In this document: positions 45,125 to 55,178 of the stretch, piece by piece
How the letters are laid out: every line of letters begins with the position of its first letter
How positions within the stretch are numbered: position 1 is the stretch's first letter
DNA from: Pirellulales bacterium
GTDB taxonomy: Bacteria; Planctomycetota; Planctomycetia; Pirellulales; UBA1268
Length of the DNA stretch: 64,000 nt
NCBI GenBank assembly: GCA_041746715.1
Contig: JBGTGN010000023.1
Span: 12,245 to 76,244 of the forward strand
Reading direction: 5' to 3'
Notes under the pieces: model-generated
Seen by the model: the letters and a program-made list of their open reading frames with translations, nothing else
The model's database searches: none
Told to the model about the DNA's origin: nothing
Position numbers and translations under genes: made by a program

Positions 45125-45907
45125 ATGGTTTTTCCAATCGGGGATGACAATTCCGACCGTCAGACATTTCCGTTTATTACGATTGCGATCATTGTGGCGA
45201 ATGTCTTCGTGTTTGCCGTGCTCCAGCAGGGCTTCAATCCGGAGGGCATGAACGAAGACTTCACGATGGCCTATGTTCAGGTGCCGGCGGAGATCATCTC
45301 CGGCACGGATGTGGTCACGCCCGACGAAGTGCGGGCGATCCAGACGCCGGAGGGGGTGGTTCAGGTGCCCGTGCCGGGGCTCCGCGAAACGCCGATTCCC
45401 GTGTGGCTCACGCTGCTCACGGCCATTTTCATGCACGGCAGCGTTATGCACCTTCTGGGCAACATGTGGTTTCTGTGGATCTTTGGCGACAACGTCGAGG
45501 ATGACATGGGGCACGGCATGTATCTCCTCTTCTATCTCGCCAGTGGGGTGCTCGCCTCGCTTGCGTTCGTGGCACTCAACGCCACGGGCGAAGCAGCCCT
45601 TACCCCCTGCCTCGGAGCCAGCGGGGCGATCTCCGGTGTGCTTGGGGCCTACCTCGTACTCCACCCCAACCGCCGGGTGAGCGTGATCGCCATTCGGATG
45701 CTCGTCGATGTGCCCGGATACATGGCCGTTGGCATCTGGTTTCTGTTCCAGGTCGTGAGTGGCTTTTTTGACGCAGGCGGCGGGGTGGCCTATTCCGCCC
45801 ACGTGGCCGGTTTTGTGGCCGGAATGGTGCTCGCAAAACCGATGAGCCGACGTCCCGCACGTGCCCAGGCCGACACGCTCGTCAACTGGCACCGGCGGAT
45901 AGGCTGA
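45125..45907 (+). CDS. Rhomboid-family intramembrane serine protease
   Basis: HGSVMHLLGNMWFLWIFG, catalytic GASGAISGVLGAY (GxSG), and His in AHVAGFVAG. Start trimmed to ATG 45125. Confidence 0.85.
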   Translation: MVFPIGDDNSDRQTFPFITIAIIVANVFVFAVLQQGFNPEGMNEDFTMAYVQVPAEIISGTDVVTPDEVRAIQTPEGVVQVPVPGLRETPIPVWLTLLTAIFMHGSVMHLLGNMWFLWIFGDNVEDDMGHGMYLLFYLASGVLASLAFVALNATGEAALTPCLGASGAISGVLGAYLVLHPNRRVSVIAIRMLVDVPGYMAVGIWFLFQVVSGFFDAGGGVAYSAHVAGFVAGMVLAKPMSRRPARAQADTLVNWHRRIG

Positions 45908-45931
45908 TGCTCACGGGCGATTCACATCACC

Positions 45932-47185
45932 TCAGCGCCAGCGGTACGCCGTGAGGCCTTCGAGGTCGCGGACGTAGAGTTCGCCACCCTCGACGGCCAG
46001 ATGAGCCCAACTCTCCCCCTCGGCCACCGGTGCCTCGCCGACAAGCTCAAACGCTTCGAGGGTCGCACGGATGAGCCGAAGCACACCCGTTTCGTCGAGG
46101 GCCAGAATCCGATCGCCAGCAGCCGCCATGCTCCAATACTTTCCGAATGGCTTCGTGATCCAGGCCTCCTTCCCCGTCGTCAGATCGAGGCAGGCGAAGC
46201 GTTGGTTGCGAAGGTGAACATACGCATGCTCGCCAATCACGATCGGGCTCGACATATAGCCCTGCACCTTGTTTCGCCAGACCTGGCTTACCGGCTCCTC
46301 GGCATTGGCTGGATCGACCGCAAAGAGAAACGAGCCGCCGCCGTAGCTCGTCGTGAAGACGTGCCCGTCATACACGGTTGGCGTCACGATATTCATCCCG
46401 CGAAACGCCTCGACGGCCGTCTTCCAAAGGACCGTGCCCTTGTCGGGGTCGACGCCGGCCAGGGCGTCGCGTGTCTGCACGAGAATCTGCGGGATGCCTC
46501 CGAGCACGACGGGATAGGGCGATGAAAACCCGCTGCCATTCATCCCACCGTCATCATGGAGAACCCGCCAGACGATCTTGCCGGTTGCCTTCTCAAGCTT
46601 CACGAAGCCCGCGCCGGCCTGCACATAGACATAGTCACCGATCACAAGCGGGCTCGACACGAATCCAAATGCCGGGAGCGGGCTCTCGAGAGCTTTCATG
46701 AAATCGACCCGCCAGATCTCATTCCCGGTGGCCGCATTGAGACAGACAAGCACATCCCGCATACCGGCAACAAACACGCGACCATCATCGACGCATGGCG
46801 TGGCACGGATCCACGAGCCGTTGGAGGCTGCGAAGAACGGCACAGTCATCCCACCATCCCATTGGGCATGCCAGAGCTCGCGGCCGGTGGCTCGATCGAG
46901 GGATCGGACATGCTCGGTCTTCTCGTCACGGGTTTCAGTGACGATCACCGCGGTGCCGGCGAGCACGGGCCCGGAGTAGCTCGGGGCGAGATCGACCCGC
47001 CACCGTTTCTTGAGCCGCTCCGGTGCGAGGCCGTCTGGCCAGGTCGCGTCGTTCACGATTCCATCGCGGGCGGGCCCTCGCCACTGAGACCACGACGGAT
47101 CGGCGGCCGAGATCGACGGAGCGACGAATGCCGCGACCAGCATCGCAAGGATTCCGGGAACACGGCGAACGACCATCGATTCCAT
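45932..47185 (-). CDS. PQQ-like beta-propeller repeat protein, exported
   Basis: ATG 47185 gives MESMVVRRVPGILAMLVAAFVAPSISA, then WSQWRGPARDG. Repeated (A/G)TG..(I/L)W propeller blades. The upstream 320 codons of track ORF 45932-48145 are antisense to the USP gene and were dropped. Confidence 0.8.
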   Translation of the reverse strand: MESMVVRRVPGILAMLVAAFVAPSISAADPSWSQWRGPARDGIVNDATWPDGLAPERLKKRWRVDLAPSYSGPVLAGTAVIVTETRDEKTEHVRSLDRATGRELWHAQWDGGMTVPFFAASNGSWIRATPCVDDGRVFVAGMRDVLVCLNAATGNEIWRVDFMKALESPLPAFGFVSSPLVIGDYVYVQAGAGFVKLEKATGKIVWRVLHDDGGMNGSGFSSPYPVVLGGIPQILVQTRDALAGVDPDKGTVLWKTAVEAFRGMNIVTPTVYDGHVFTTSYGGGSFLFAVDPANAEEPVSQVWRNKVQGYMSSPIVIGEHAYVHLRNQRFACLDLTTGKEAWITKPFGKYWSMAAAGDRILALDETGVLRLIRATLEAFELVGEAPVAEGESWAHLAVEGGELYVRDLEGLTAYRWR

Positions 47186-47269
47186 CGCGGGACTCCCGAA
47201 GCTGCGGAGGATTCCGTAGCATAGGGGATCGTCAACGTACGGTGAGAGGCCAGGAGCGAGTCCCCCCCA

Positions 47270-48112
47270 ATGACCGAATCCATCAAGCGAATCCTCGTCG
47301 GACTCGGCACGAGCCGAACCGCCCGGAGTGTGACCGAACACGCGATCGAAATCGCTATGCCGCGCGGAGCCCTCCTCACGGGCCTGGCCGTCACCGACCC
47401 GGTTCGGCTTGAATGGACAGGGCCCCGGCCGATGGGTGTCGGCGTGGAGGAGCGAACGAGCGATCTGCGGAAGTCGCGGTATGAGCGAGCGCGGGCTGAC
47501 ATCGCCGAGGCTGGCGCCGAGTTTGCTGCGCGGTGCAGTGCCGCTGGGGTGGCCCACATCGTCGATGAGGAGACGGGCGATCCATTCGACGTGGCCGAGG
47601 ATCTTGTCCGCTATCACGACATGTGTGTGTTCGGCCTTCGGAGCCTCTTCGAGCACGAGGTTGTGCCCGAGCCTGTTGACGCGCTTGAGCGGCTTGTCTC
47701 GAACGGTGTGCGGCCGATCCTGGCGGTCGGTGAGGAGTTTCGCCCCATTCGAAAAGTGCTGGTGGCCTATTCCGGATCGATCGAGAGCGCCAAGACCTTC
47801 AAGCACTTCGTGCAGTCTGGGCTCTATGCCGACGCGGCGGTGCGGATCGTCCACTTCGGCAGCGACGACGCAGCGGCCAACCGCCGGCTCCAGAAGGCAT
47901 CGTCCTATTTCGCTGACCATGGCCGAGCGGTCGATACCGACCATGCTCCGGGAAACCCCGCGACCGCGCTCGTGCCGTATGCAACGACCTGGGGCGCCGA
48001 CCTCATCGTGGCCGGCAACAGTGCGAAGAATTTGCTCATGCGGAAGCTCTTCGGCGAGACCGCGCTCAAGCTGCTCCGTGAGAGCACGCTGCCCTTGTAT
48101 CTGGCGCAGTAG
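47270..48112 (+). CDS. Tandem universal stress protein (UspA) domain protein
   Basis: Two USP modules: KRILVGLGTSRTA... and RKVLVAYSGSIES...ADLIVAGNSAKNLLMRKLFGETALKLLRESTLPLYL. Confidence 0.8.
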   Translation: MTESIKRILVGLGTSRTARSVTEHAIEIAMPRGALLTGLAVTDPVRLEWTGPRPMGVGVEERTSDLRKSRYERARADIAEAGAEFAARCSAAGVAHIVDEETGDPFDVAEDLVRYHDMCVFGLRSLFEHEVVPEPVDALERLVSNGVRPILAVGEEFRPIRKVLVAYSGSIESAKTFKHFVQSGLYADAAVRIVHFGSDDAAANRRLQKASSYFADHGRAVDTDHAPGNPATALVPYATTWGADLIVAGNSAKNLLMRKLFGETALKLLRESTLPLYLAQ

Positions 48113-49886
48113 TATCTGGCGCTGGAGCGCCCGGCGTGAGCGCAAGCTCCGACGGCCGGGTCGTCACGTCGATCGGAATGGTATCGGCTAAGGGGCCAAG
48201 CGCCTCCCGGACCCGCTGGTGGCAGGCGTCTGAATCAACGGCGATGGCGTCGAGCTCACCCCGCTCCACCAGCAGTCGCAGGCCGGCGGTGACCTCATCG
48301 GCTGGCGACTCGCTCGATTGAGGTGCCCTAATCCAGTCCTGAAATGTCGCGTCGAGGGTGGCCTCATGGAGCCACACGATTCGCCGACCATGCGTGCCAC
48401 GCGAACGCATGACCGCCTCGATGACCGAGGCATCATGGGGTGTCACACCGACCATAAAGATTACGGCGTCGTGACGGCCTCGGAGGAGCGCTGCTGGCAG
48501 CACCTCCACCGGCAGGAGGCGGCGTGACAGGGGCAGGCGAGGGGGGACGCGAAGCCTGGGCCCGCGAGCAACGTCATAGAAGGTTGTCTGCCAACGGGGC
48601 TCGTGGAGGTATTGCAAAATGCGGGCTGCGGTAGGAGTGCCGACGGCTGTCAGGCCGGTCACGATGGCGACGCGAGGCGCGGCATTCGCCGACGTGGTTC
48701 TGTATGGGGTAGCGGTTCCCGCGGGCCGCACTCGTGGCCTGTGCTCAATCTGCTCCATGACCCGCTCCGCGGCACGCGGCCAGCCGAGCTCCTCGCTCGC
48801 CAGCCGTCGGCCAAGAGCGAGCGATGCCTCCCGAAGGCTCTCGTGGGTCACAAGTCGATCCATCGCCGCTGCGATGGACGCCGGGCTTTGGGGGTCGCAG
48901 GAGAGCTCTGGCAAGACGAGCTCCGCCACGCTTGACGTGTTCGACCCAACGACGGGTGTACCGCAGCCATAGGCTTCAAGCACCGGAAGGCCGAGGCCTT
49001 CGTAGAGCGAGGGGAAGACGACCATGTCGGCATGGCGAACGAGCCCCACGAGCTCTTCGTCGGACACGAATCCTGTGCAGACGACCGTTCCAGGTGGTAG
49101 GCCCTCCTGGGCAGCCACACGGTGGAGGGCCGCGATCCGTTCCTCCGACAGCCTGCAGACAATCGCCAGTTGGTGCGAGGGATGCTCACGCCAGAAGAGG
49201 GCAAAAGCCTGGACGGCCGCGTCGAGGTTTTTCCGCCAGTCATCGCCGCCAACGTAGGCACAGTAGCGATGTGTGAGGCCATGCCTCGCAGGCACCGAGC
49301 TCGTCTCGGCAGCCGGCCTGGCCATGAGCTGGTGCTTGGTGTGGTCGATGTCGCCGTAGATGCAGTGCACGCGATGCGGATCAATCGCCGCGTGGCGAAT
49401 CGTGTCTCGCCGTGTGGCATGGCTGATCGCGAAGAGATGGTCACTCTCTCGCATCACCTGAAGCGACTCGAAGTAGCTCCAGCGGGCATTGTCATTCGCG
49501 AGGTAGCGGTCTTGAAAGAGAAGCGGAATGAGGTCGTAGACGATGCCCATTCGCTTGGGCTGCTGGCGTCGAACGATCGGGGGGACCATCGCGTCGGCGA
49601 CCCGCCCACTGTGGGGAACGAAAAAGAAGCAGGCCGTGAAGAGGACATCGACGGGTGGCAGCCGTGGCCCTTCCAGATCGGCGACCGTACACCAGGTCGC
49701 ATGCTCGCCAAGCTCAGCCGCCCGGGCGGGCAGTGGTCGGCTCGGATTCTGGAGAAGGAGCCAGTGGTGCCGGGGATAGCTCTTGGCAAGCTCGAGAGCG
49801 AGGCTCTGGGAATAAGCCGGGATGCCGCGATCGCCATTGAGCTGCGCCCCCCGCAGATCGACGAGAACGGTGGCCGGCGACGTCAT
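48066..49886 (-). CDS. GT4-family glycosyltransferase with an extra ~230-aa C-terminal domain
   Basis: GT-B C-terminal lobe FVSDEELVGLVRHADMVVFPSLYEGLGLPVLEAYGCGTPVVGS (E-x7-E type). About 230 residues of unknown function follow. The 3' end overlaps the USP 3' end by 47 nt (convergent). Confidence 0.8.
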   Translation of the reverse strand: MTSPATVLVDLRGAQLNGDRGIPAYSQSLALELAKSYPRHHWLLLQNPSRPLPARAAELGEHATWCTVADLEGPRLPPVDVLFTACFFFVPHSGRVADAMVPPIVRRQQPKRMGIVYDLIPLLFQDRYLANDNARWSYFESLQVMRESDHLFAISHATRRDTIRHAAIDPHRVHCIYGDIDHTKHQLMARPAAETSSVPARHGLTHRYCAYVGGDDWRKNLDAAVQAFALFWREHPSHQLAIVCRLSEERIAALHRVAAQEGLPPGTVVCTGFVSDEELVGLVRHADMVVFPSLYEGLGLPVLEAYGCGTPVVGSNTSSVAELVLPELSCDPQSPASIAAAMDRLVTHESLREASLALGRRLASEELGWPRAAERVMEQIEHRPRVRPAGTATPYRTTSANAAPRVAIVTGLTAVGTPTAARILQYLHEPRWQTTFYDVARGPRLRVPPRLPLSRRLLPVEVLPAALLRGRHDAVIFMVGVTPHDASVIEAVMRSRGTHGRRIVWLHEATLDATFQDWIRAPQSSESPADEVTAGLRLLVERGELDAIAVDSDACHQRVREALGPLADTIPIDVTTRPSELALTPGAPAPDTTAPDTRAACSHGAA

Positions 49887-50131
49887 GCCGCTTCCCGTGG
49901 GGGTCGTGGTGACGCGGTCTTGGGCGATGCCTCGGGGTCTTCATCGAGCCGCAGGTAGGCGAGGCCCGTAAGCTCGCGGACGAGTGTCTCGAGCTCGTCG
50001 ATCCTCGCCTCGAGATTCGCGACACGGTCACCATCGCCCAGTATCCGTCGAACGCGGCGACGCATCCGCCGACCGACGGGCCGAATAACCCGGCGCTCGA
50101 AGGACTTCAGCAACGAACGGATGGAGGACAC
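49883..50131 (-). CDS. Small coiled-coil hypothetical protein (about 60-82 aa)
   Basis: Its stop overlaps the downstream GT4 ATG as ATGA (49883-49886). Candidate starts are GTG 50131 or ATG 50065. Contains LEARIDELETLVRELTG. No family recognised. Confidence 0.35.
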   Translation of the reverse strand: MSSIRSLLKSFERRVIRPVGRRMRRRVRRILGDGDRVANLEARIDELETLVRELTGLAYLRLDEDPEASPKTASPRPPREAA

Positions 50132-50163
50132 GATTTGATTCCGAGAACACGGCTGGGCGGCGG

Positions 50164-51129
50164 TCAGGCTGCCTTGCGGATGACGAGGGCGATCGATGTG
50201 GAGGCATGGCCCCAGAGGTTGAGCCGAAGGTGCTTGACCTTGGCGAGGGGGGCCGTCTGCCAATCGGAGTAGGGCGGCTCGTCTACAAACCCGTCAAGGG
50301 CGTGGTTTCCAGGATCGACATCGAGCGGCTCTACGTGGTGCCCCGCTGCCGCGAGGCGGCCGCAAACTGCTTCCATGTCGCGAAGGCGGTAGATGACGCA
50401 CGGGCCGTCAGCGACGGTCTCGTCGTTGCTCGAGAGGTTGAACTCGGTCGTATGAACCGCGATCCCACCGGGCACGAGGCAGTCCATCTGCCGCTCGAGA
50501 AACTCGAGGCCGAGCGCGAGGGAGCCGCAGTGCTCGAAGGAGCAGGTTGACCAGGTGAAATCGAAGCCGCCGAGATCGGCGGGAATGTGGTTCATATCAA
50601 CAGGCCGGTAGGTGACACGCTCGCGAAACCCCTCGGGGTCGCAGAGGCCATCGTGGTTGAGTGCCTCGAGCTCGCCGACCCATTGCCCGGTTTCTGCCCA
50701 AGGGTTTCGACGCTCATCGTCGGCTGGCAAGTCCGTGGCTGTGACCTCACATCCGCGGGCCGCGAACATCGCCGGGAGCTTCTCGGCCCCTACGGCAAAG
50801 CCGAGGCCTCGACGGCCTCGGCGAAGCATGTCTCGCTCGTCGAGCGCCTGGCAGATAAACGCCAGCTCCCAAAGCTTGCGGTGCGGCCGCCACGGCTCTT
50901 GAAGCGCCTCGGTCCACTGGCGAAACGTGCCGGAGTCGAGCGTTTGATACCGGCAGAGTTGCGAGATGAGCTGCCGTGCATCGTCGGGGCGACGAGGACC
51001 GCGGAGATGAAGCTCCGGCCGGTCACGCCGCATACGGTGGGGGTGGATCGGAGGTGGGCCGGCCGGCTTGGCCGGCTTGTCTGACCGAAGCCCGAGCCAC
51101 GTCTTCACGCGTCGCGAAATCCTGCTCAT
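50164..51129 (-). CDS. Class I SAM-dependent methyltransferase (tentative)
   Basis: [28 protein letters not shown] (motif I-like), [15 protein letters not shown] and [13 protein letters not shown]. The ATG forms an ATGA overlap with the gmd stop (51126-51129). Confidence 0.7.
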   Translation of the reverse strand: MSRISRRVKTWLGLRSDKPAKPAGPPPIHPHRMRRDRPELHLRGPRRPDDARQLISQLCRYQTLDSGTFRQWTEALQEPWRPHRKLWELAFICQALDERDMLRRGRRGLGFAVGAEKLPAMFAARGCEVTATDLPADDERRNPWAETGQWVGELEALNHDGLCDPEGFRERVTYRPVDMNHIPADLGGFDFTWSTCSFEHCGSLALGLEFLERQMDCLVPGGIAVHTTEFNLSSNDETVADGPCVIYRLRDMEAVCGRLAAAGHHVEPLDVDPGNHALDGFVDEPPYSDWQTAPLAKVKHLRLNLWGHASTSIALVIRKAA

Positions 51130-52166
51130 GCCGCCCGCCGTCCGCTCTGCGGCAAACCCTTGATGACCGCCTCTTGGCGGGCCAGTTCGAGGTCTTCCGC
51201 GACCATCATATCGACGAGGTCTTCGAAACTCGTCTGGGGCTTCCAGCCGAGCCGCGTGCGAGCCTTCGTCGAATCGCCGAGAAGAAGTTCCACCTCCGCA
51301 GGCCGGAAGTAGCGGGGATCGATTTCGACGAAATCGGCGTAATCGAGGCCCAGCCGACTGAAGGTCTTTTCACAGAAATCACGAACCGAATAGAGCTCGT
51401 TCATCGCGATCACATAGTCGTCGGCCTCGTCCTGCTGAAGCATGAGCCACATCGCCTCGACATAGTCGCCCGCGAAGCCCCAGTCACGCTGGGCGTCGAG
51501 GTTGCCGAGGAAGAGCTTGTCTTGGAGGCCGAGCTTGATCCGGGTGGCAGCCCGCGTGATCTTGCGAGTGACAAACGTCTCCCCGCGGCGTGGGCTCTCG
51601 TGATTGAAGAGGATGCCGCAGGAGGCATGGAGGCCGTAGCTCTCCCGGTAGTTGACGGTGATCCAGTGGCCATACACCTTGGCCACGCCGTACGGGCTTC
51701 GAGGATAGAACGGCGTCGTTTCCTTCTGTGGTGTTTCCACCACCTTGCCGAACATCTCCGAGCTCGACGCCTGGTAGAAGCGAATCTGCTCGCCGGTGTC
51801 GTCTTGGACGTCACGGATCGCCTCGAGGAGCCGGAGCGTGCCGACGGCAGTGACGTCGGCCGTGTAGGCAGGTTGGTCGAAGCTCACCCGCACATGGCTC
51901 TGCGCAGCGAGGTTGTAAACCTCGTGGGGGCGGATTTCGCGGATGAGCCGCACGAGCCCGTTGCCGTCAGAGAGGTCGCCGTAGTGCAGATGGAGCGCCG
52001 GCGGATCGTTGAAGATGAGATGTTCGATCCGCTGGGTGCCGAACGTGCTCGACCGCCGCCTGAGACCATGCACCTCGTATCCCTTGGCAATCAGAAGCTC
52101 CGCGAGATACGAACCATCCTGTCCGGTCACGCCGGTAATCAGAGCGCGCTTGCTCGTGCTACTCAT
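51126..52166 (-). CDS. gmd: GDP-mannose 4,6-dehydratase
   Basis: AGGAG 6 nt upstream of ATG 52166. [70 protein letters not shown]. Confidence 0.95.
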   Translation of the reverse strand: MSSTSKRALITGVTGQDGSYLAELLIAKGYEVHGLRRRSSTFGTQRIEHLIFNDPPALHLHYGDLSDGNGLVRLIREIRPHEVYNLAAQSHVRVSFDQPAYTADVTAVGTLRLLEAIRDVQDDTGEQIRFYQASSSEMFGKVVETPQKETTPFYPRSPYGVAKVYGHWITVNYRESYGLHASCGILFNHESPRRGETFVTRKITRAATRIKLGLQDKLFLGNLDAQRDWGFAGDYVEAMWLMLQQDEADDYVIAMNELYSVRDFCEKTFSRLGLDYADFVEIDPRYFRPAEVELLLGDSTKARTRLGWKPQTSFEDLVDMMVAEDLELARQEAVIKGLPQSGRRAA

Positions 52167-52312
52167 GGAAACTCCTGCTGGAAGTCGGGTCATGTGGGGG
52201 CCGCTGGCGGCTTGGGCGAGACGGTAGCAGGGGAGGCGACGGTGAGAAATGCCATTTTGCGGCCGATTGAGGCGCTTCAGGCCGCCATGCCTTTTGTCTG
52301 GGCGGCCGCCTC

Positions 52313-53047
52313 TCAGGCCTCACGGAACGGGAGGGCCAGAAAGTGGTTCGGTGAAATCATGAACCCGTCGGTGACATTCGCTGGGTAGGAAAGCGGGCCA
52401 CGCAGCGACGGTTCTTCGCCTCGGTAGTAGAAGCGATTGATGCCATCGAAGAGCGCGAATTCGTAGCCGTGGTCGAGCAGGATGCCCTCCCAGTCAGACC
52501 AGGCAGGTTCATAGGAGTAGGGGTCGCAGCCCGGCAGTTTCGGCTTGATCGCTTCGGCGAGGATCACCCGTGGTCGAAAGGTTTGCCAGTCGGCCCCAAG
52601 CAAGACGTCTCGCTCGGCGCCCTCGACATCGATCTTGAGAAAGTCCACGTCGCCGGGAGGCATCTGCCGCGTGATCTCGGCGAGGGTGGTTACCGCGACC
52701 GTGTGCGTGCTGCGACGGTACCCGAGGTCCGTCATGGCATTCGTGTCGAAGGTTTCACGGTAGGTCGAGAGGCCGGAGTCGCCCCACTCGTGAAAGGCAG
52801 TCGTGCCGATCGCTGCGCCACAGGCACAGTTGAGATTGATGTCTCTCGGTCGCTGCTCCTGGAAGGCATGATGAAACCGCTCGACGGGCTCCACATTCAC
52901 GCCCGCCCAGCCGCGGTCATAGAAATGTTTCGTCACCGAATCGAGAACCGGATCGTATCCTCCGATGTCGATATAGCGACCACTGGCAACACCGTGAAAC
53001 ACCCGTTCCAGGATCACATCCTCGAAGTTCTGTGCGTAGGAGATCAT
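52313..53047 (-). CDS. FkbM-family methyltransferase
   Basis: [18 protein letters not shown]-terminus, [25 protein letters not shown]. Alternative upstream ATG 53080. Confidence 0.8.
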   Translation of the reverse strand: MISYAQNFEDVILERVFHGVASGRYIDIGGYDPVLDSVTKHFYDRGWAGVNVEPVERFHHAFQEQRPRDINLNCACGAAIGTTAFHEWGDSGLSTYRETFDTNAMTDLGYRRSTHTVAVTTLAEITRQMPPGDVDFLKIDVEGAERDVLLGADWQTFRPRVILAEAIKPKLPGCDPYSYEPAWSDWEGILLDHGYEFALFDGINRFYYRGEEPSLRGPLSYPANVTDGFMISPNHFLALPFREA

Positions 53048-53132
53048 CGACTCGGTCACCTTCCCCCTGGAAAAACCCATCGCTCAAACGCCAGAATCCT
53101 ACCAGCCGGCAGTGTGGATGCAGAACGCCAGT

Positions 53133-54257
53133 TCAGGCCCGTGACGGGCCCACGATCGACTCGTAGACGCGGGCGTATCCACGGGCGGTGCTGCCCCATG
53201 AATAGGTTGCGGCGTGGGCCTTGGCACGGTCTGCAAAGCCGTGGTCGGCCGCCCATGTCGCCATCCCAGCGTGAAAGGTCGAGACCATCACCAGCGGATC
53301 GAATGAATCGAGGTAAAAGCCGTGCTCCCCAGCGATCTCCGGTAAGCAGGTCGTGCGGGCCACGAAGACCGGGCGGCCCGCGTGCATCGCCTCGAGCACG
53401 GGAAAGCCGAAGCCTTCAGTGAGGGAGGGGAAGAAGAACGCCTCACACTGCTCGTAGAGCCACTGGCGATCAGCATCGTGGACCTCTCCGGGCAGGAGCA
53501 CGCGGCCGTCGAGCCGTCGTCGGGCGATCTCCCGGCCAAGGAAGTCGCCGTAGGGCGTGGCCTTCTTGCCAGCGATCACGATCCGCCGATCAGGAACTCG
53601 CTCGGCGAGGTCGAGCAGCACATGAAAGTTCTTGTGGGCGAGGCAGTTGCCAATCGTCAAGAAAAACGGTCCCGGCGGGAGCCACGGAGGGCGGGTCGCT
53701 GCGGCAGGAGGTGTTGGCGGAAGTCCAAGTGGCACCACATGGAGTGGCCGATTGCCGAGAACCAAACGCGACGCCACATCATCCGCGACGAACTGGGAAT
53801 CGGTCACGACGGCTACCGATCGATCGATCTTGGCTTGAATGTCGGCCAGCTTGCGAGAGATTTTCGCGACCTGCTCATCATGCGGCGCTTCATGGAGAAA
53901 GTTCAGGTCGTGAATCGTGAGCACGACAGGCACCCGCGGATCGAGCGGAAGGTACTTCGACATCTGGTTGGTGACATGCCAGAGGTTCACGTTCGGAAAC
54001 GGCAGCAAGGGCCGGAGAATCGGTCGCACGAATTGCCGAAACATTTCTTTCTTCCAGCGGGCAACGGCAATTCGATCGAAGCCGCCGGAGGGAAAGTACC
54101 GCTCAGCCTTGGCAGGCAGGAAGAACACCGGCTCAAACCGACCGGGGGCCACCTTCAAGAGGTCTTTGGCCAGATAGAGCGAGAACCTCCCGAGACCGCA
54201 GTTGATGTGCCGAAGCTTCTCGAGATCAATGGCAATGCGGGGAAGGGTTGCGTTCAT
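53133..54257 (-). CDS. GT4-family glycosyltransferase
   Basis: RRIVIAGKK... FFFPSLTEGFGFPVLEAMHAGRPVFVARTTCLPEIAG (E-x7-E). Confidence 0.85.
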   Translation of the reverse strand: MNATLPRIAIDLEKLRHINCGLGRFSLYLAKDLLKVAPGRFEPVFFLPAKAERYFPSGGFDRIAVARWKKEMFRQFVRPILRPLLPFPNVNLWHVTNQMSKYLPLDPRVPVVLTIHDLNFLHEAPHDEQVAKISRKLADIQAKIDRSVAVVTDSQFVADDVASRLVLGNRPLHVVPLGLPPTPPAAATRPPWLPPGPFFLTIGNCLAHKNFHVLLDLAERVPDRRIVIAGKKATPYGDFLGREIARRRLDGRVLLPGEVHDADRQWLYEQCEAFFFPSLTEGFGFPVLEAMHAGRPVFVARTTCLPEIAGEHGFYLDSFDPLVMVSTFHAGMATWAADHGFADRAKAHAATYSWGSTARGYARVYESIVGPSRA

Positions 54258-54421
54258 GGATCACTCGGCAGGGAGGCCGCCATCTTGCCGTCGAAGCCCG
54301 TGGTGGCACAAGCGGCAGCGCCGATGGGTCTTGTTTGGGCCCGGAGCCTCGCGAATTGCGGGCCATGCGGCGCGAGCGTAGGCTTTTCAGTTGTTTTCTG
54401 CCACATCCCGGGAGTGTCTTC

Positions 54422-55165
54422 ATGATTTGTCGCATGCCTGTCGTCGCCATGGCCTTGTTTGCCGCCGCTGGAGTTGCCACAACCACGATGGCCGCCGACG
54501 TCGATGCTGACGCGGGCTGGCGTGTGCTCTTCAACGGCACCGACCTCACGGGCTGGGATGGCGACCCGGAGATGTGGAGCGTTCGCGACGGCGTCATCCA
54601 CGGTGAGACCACGAAGGAACGGAAGGCCAACGGCAACACGTTCTTGATCGCGAAGGACCTCGTCCTCGACGACTTCGAGCTTGAGTTGTCGTTTCGGTGC
54701 ACGGCCAGCAACAACTCCGGCATCCAGTACAGATCGAAGCACATCACCGAGGGCAACCCCAGGAACCCTTGGGTCGTTCGCGGCTATCAGCATGAGCTTC
54801 GAAACGAGAAAAAGCTGCCCAACGTGGCGGGTTTCATCTACGACGAGGGTGGCAAGCGGGGGCGGGTATGCGCGGCAGGCGAGCAGGCAGAGTGGACTGA
54901 GGCCGGCAAGAAAGTGACCGGCAAGCTCATCGACCAGGAAGGCTTCGAGAAGCTCTTTCGTCTTGACGATTGGAACGACGTGAAGATCGTAGCGAATGGA
55001 AATAATCTGAAGCACTTCATGAACGGCACGCTCATCCTCGACTTCACCGATGATGACGCCCACGCGCTTCGTGACGGTGTCCTTGCCTTTCAGCTCCACG
55101 CGGGGGCTCCTATGTGGGCCGAGTTTCGCGACATTCGGGTCAGAAGCCTTCCGGCTCCCAAGTGA
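54422..55165 (+). CDS. DUF1080 (3-keto-disaccharide hydrolase-like, concanavalin-type) protein, exported
   Basis: ATG 54422 gives MICRMPVVAMALFAAAGVATTTMA. GWRVLFNGTDLTGWDG and W.V.DGVI, C-terminal LAFQLHAGAPMWAEFRDIRV. Confidence 0.85.
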   Translation: MICRMPVVAMALFAAAGVATTTMAADVDADAGWRVLFNGTDLTGWDGDPEMWSVRDGVIHGETTKERKANGNTFLIAKDLVLDDFELELSFRCTASNNSGIQYRSKHITEGNPRNPWVVRGYQHELRNEKKLPNVAGFIYDEGGKRGRVCAAGEQAEWTEAGKKVTGKLIDQEGFEKLFRLDDWNDVKIVANGNNLKHFMNGTLILDFTDDDAHALRDGVLAFQLHAGAPMWAEFRDIRVRSLPAPK

Positions 55166-55178
55166 TCGCAAGGCTCGG

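Noticed and set aside
47186-48145. N-terminal 320 codons of track ORF 45932-48145
   Set aside because: This part is antisense to the tandem USP gene (47270-48112). The PQQ-propeller protein has a proper signal peptide starting at ATG 47185.
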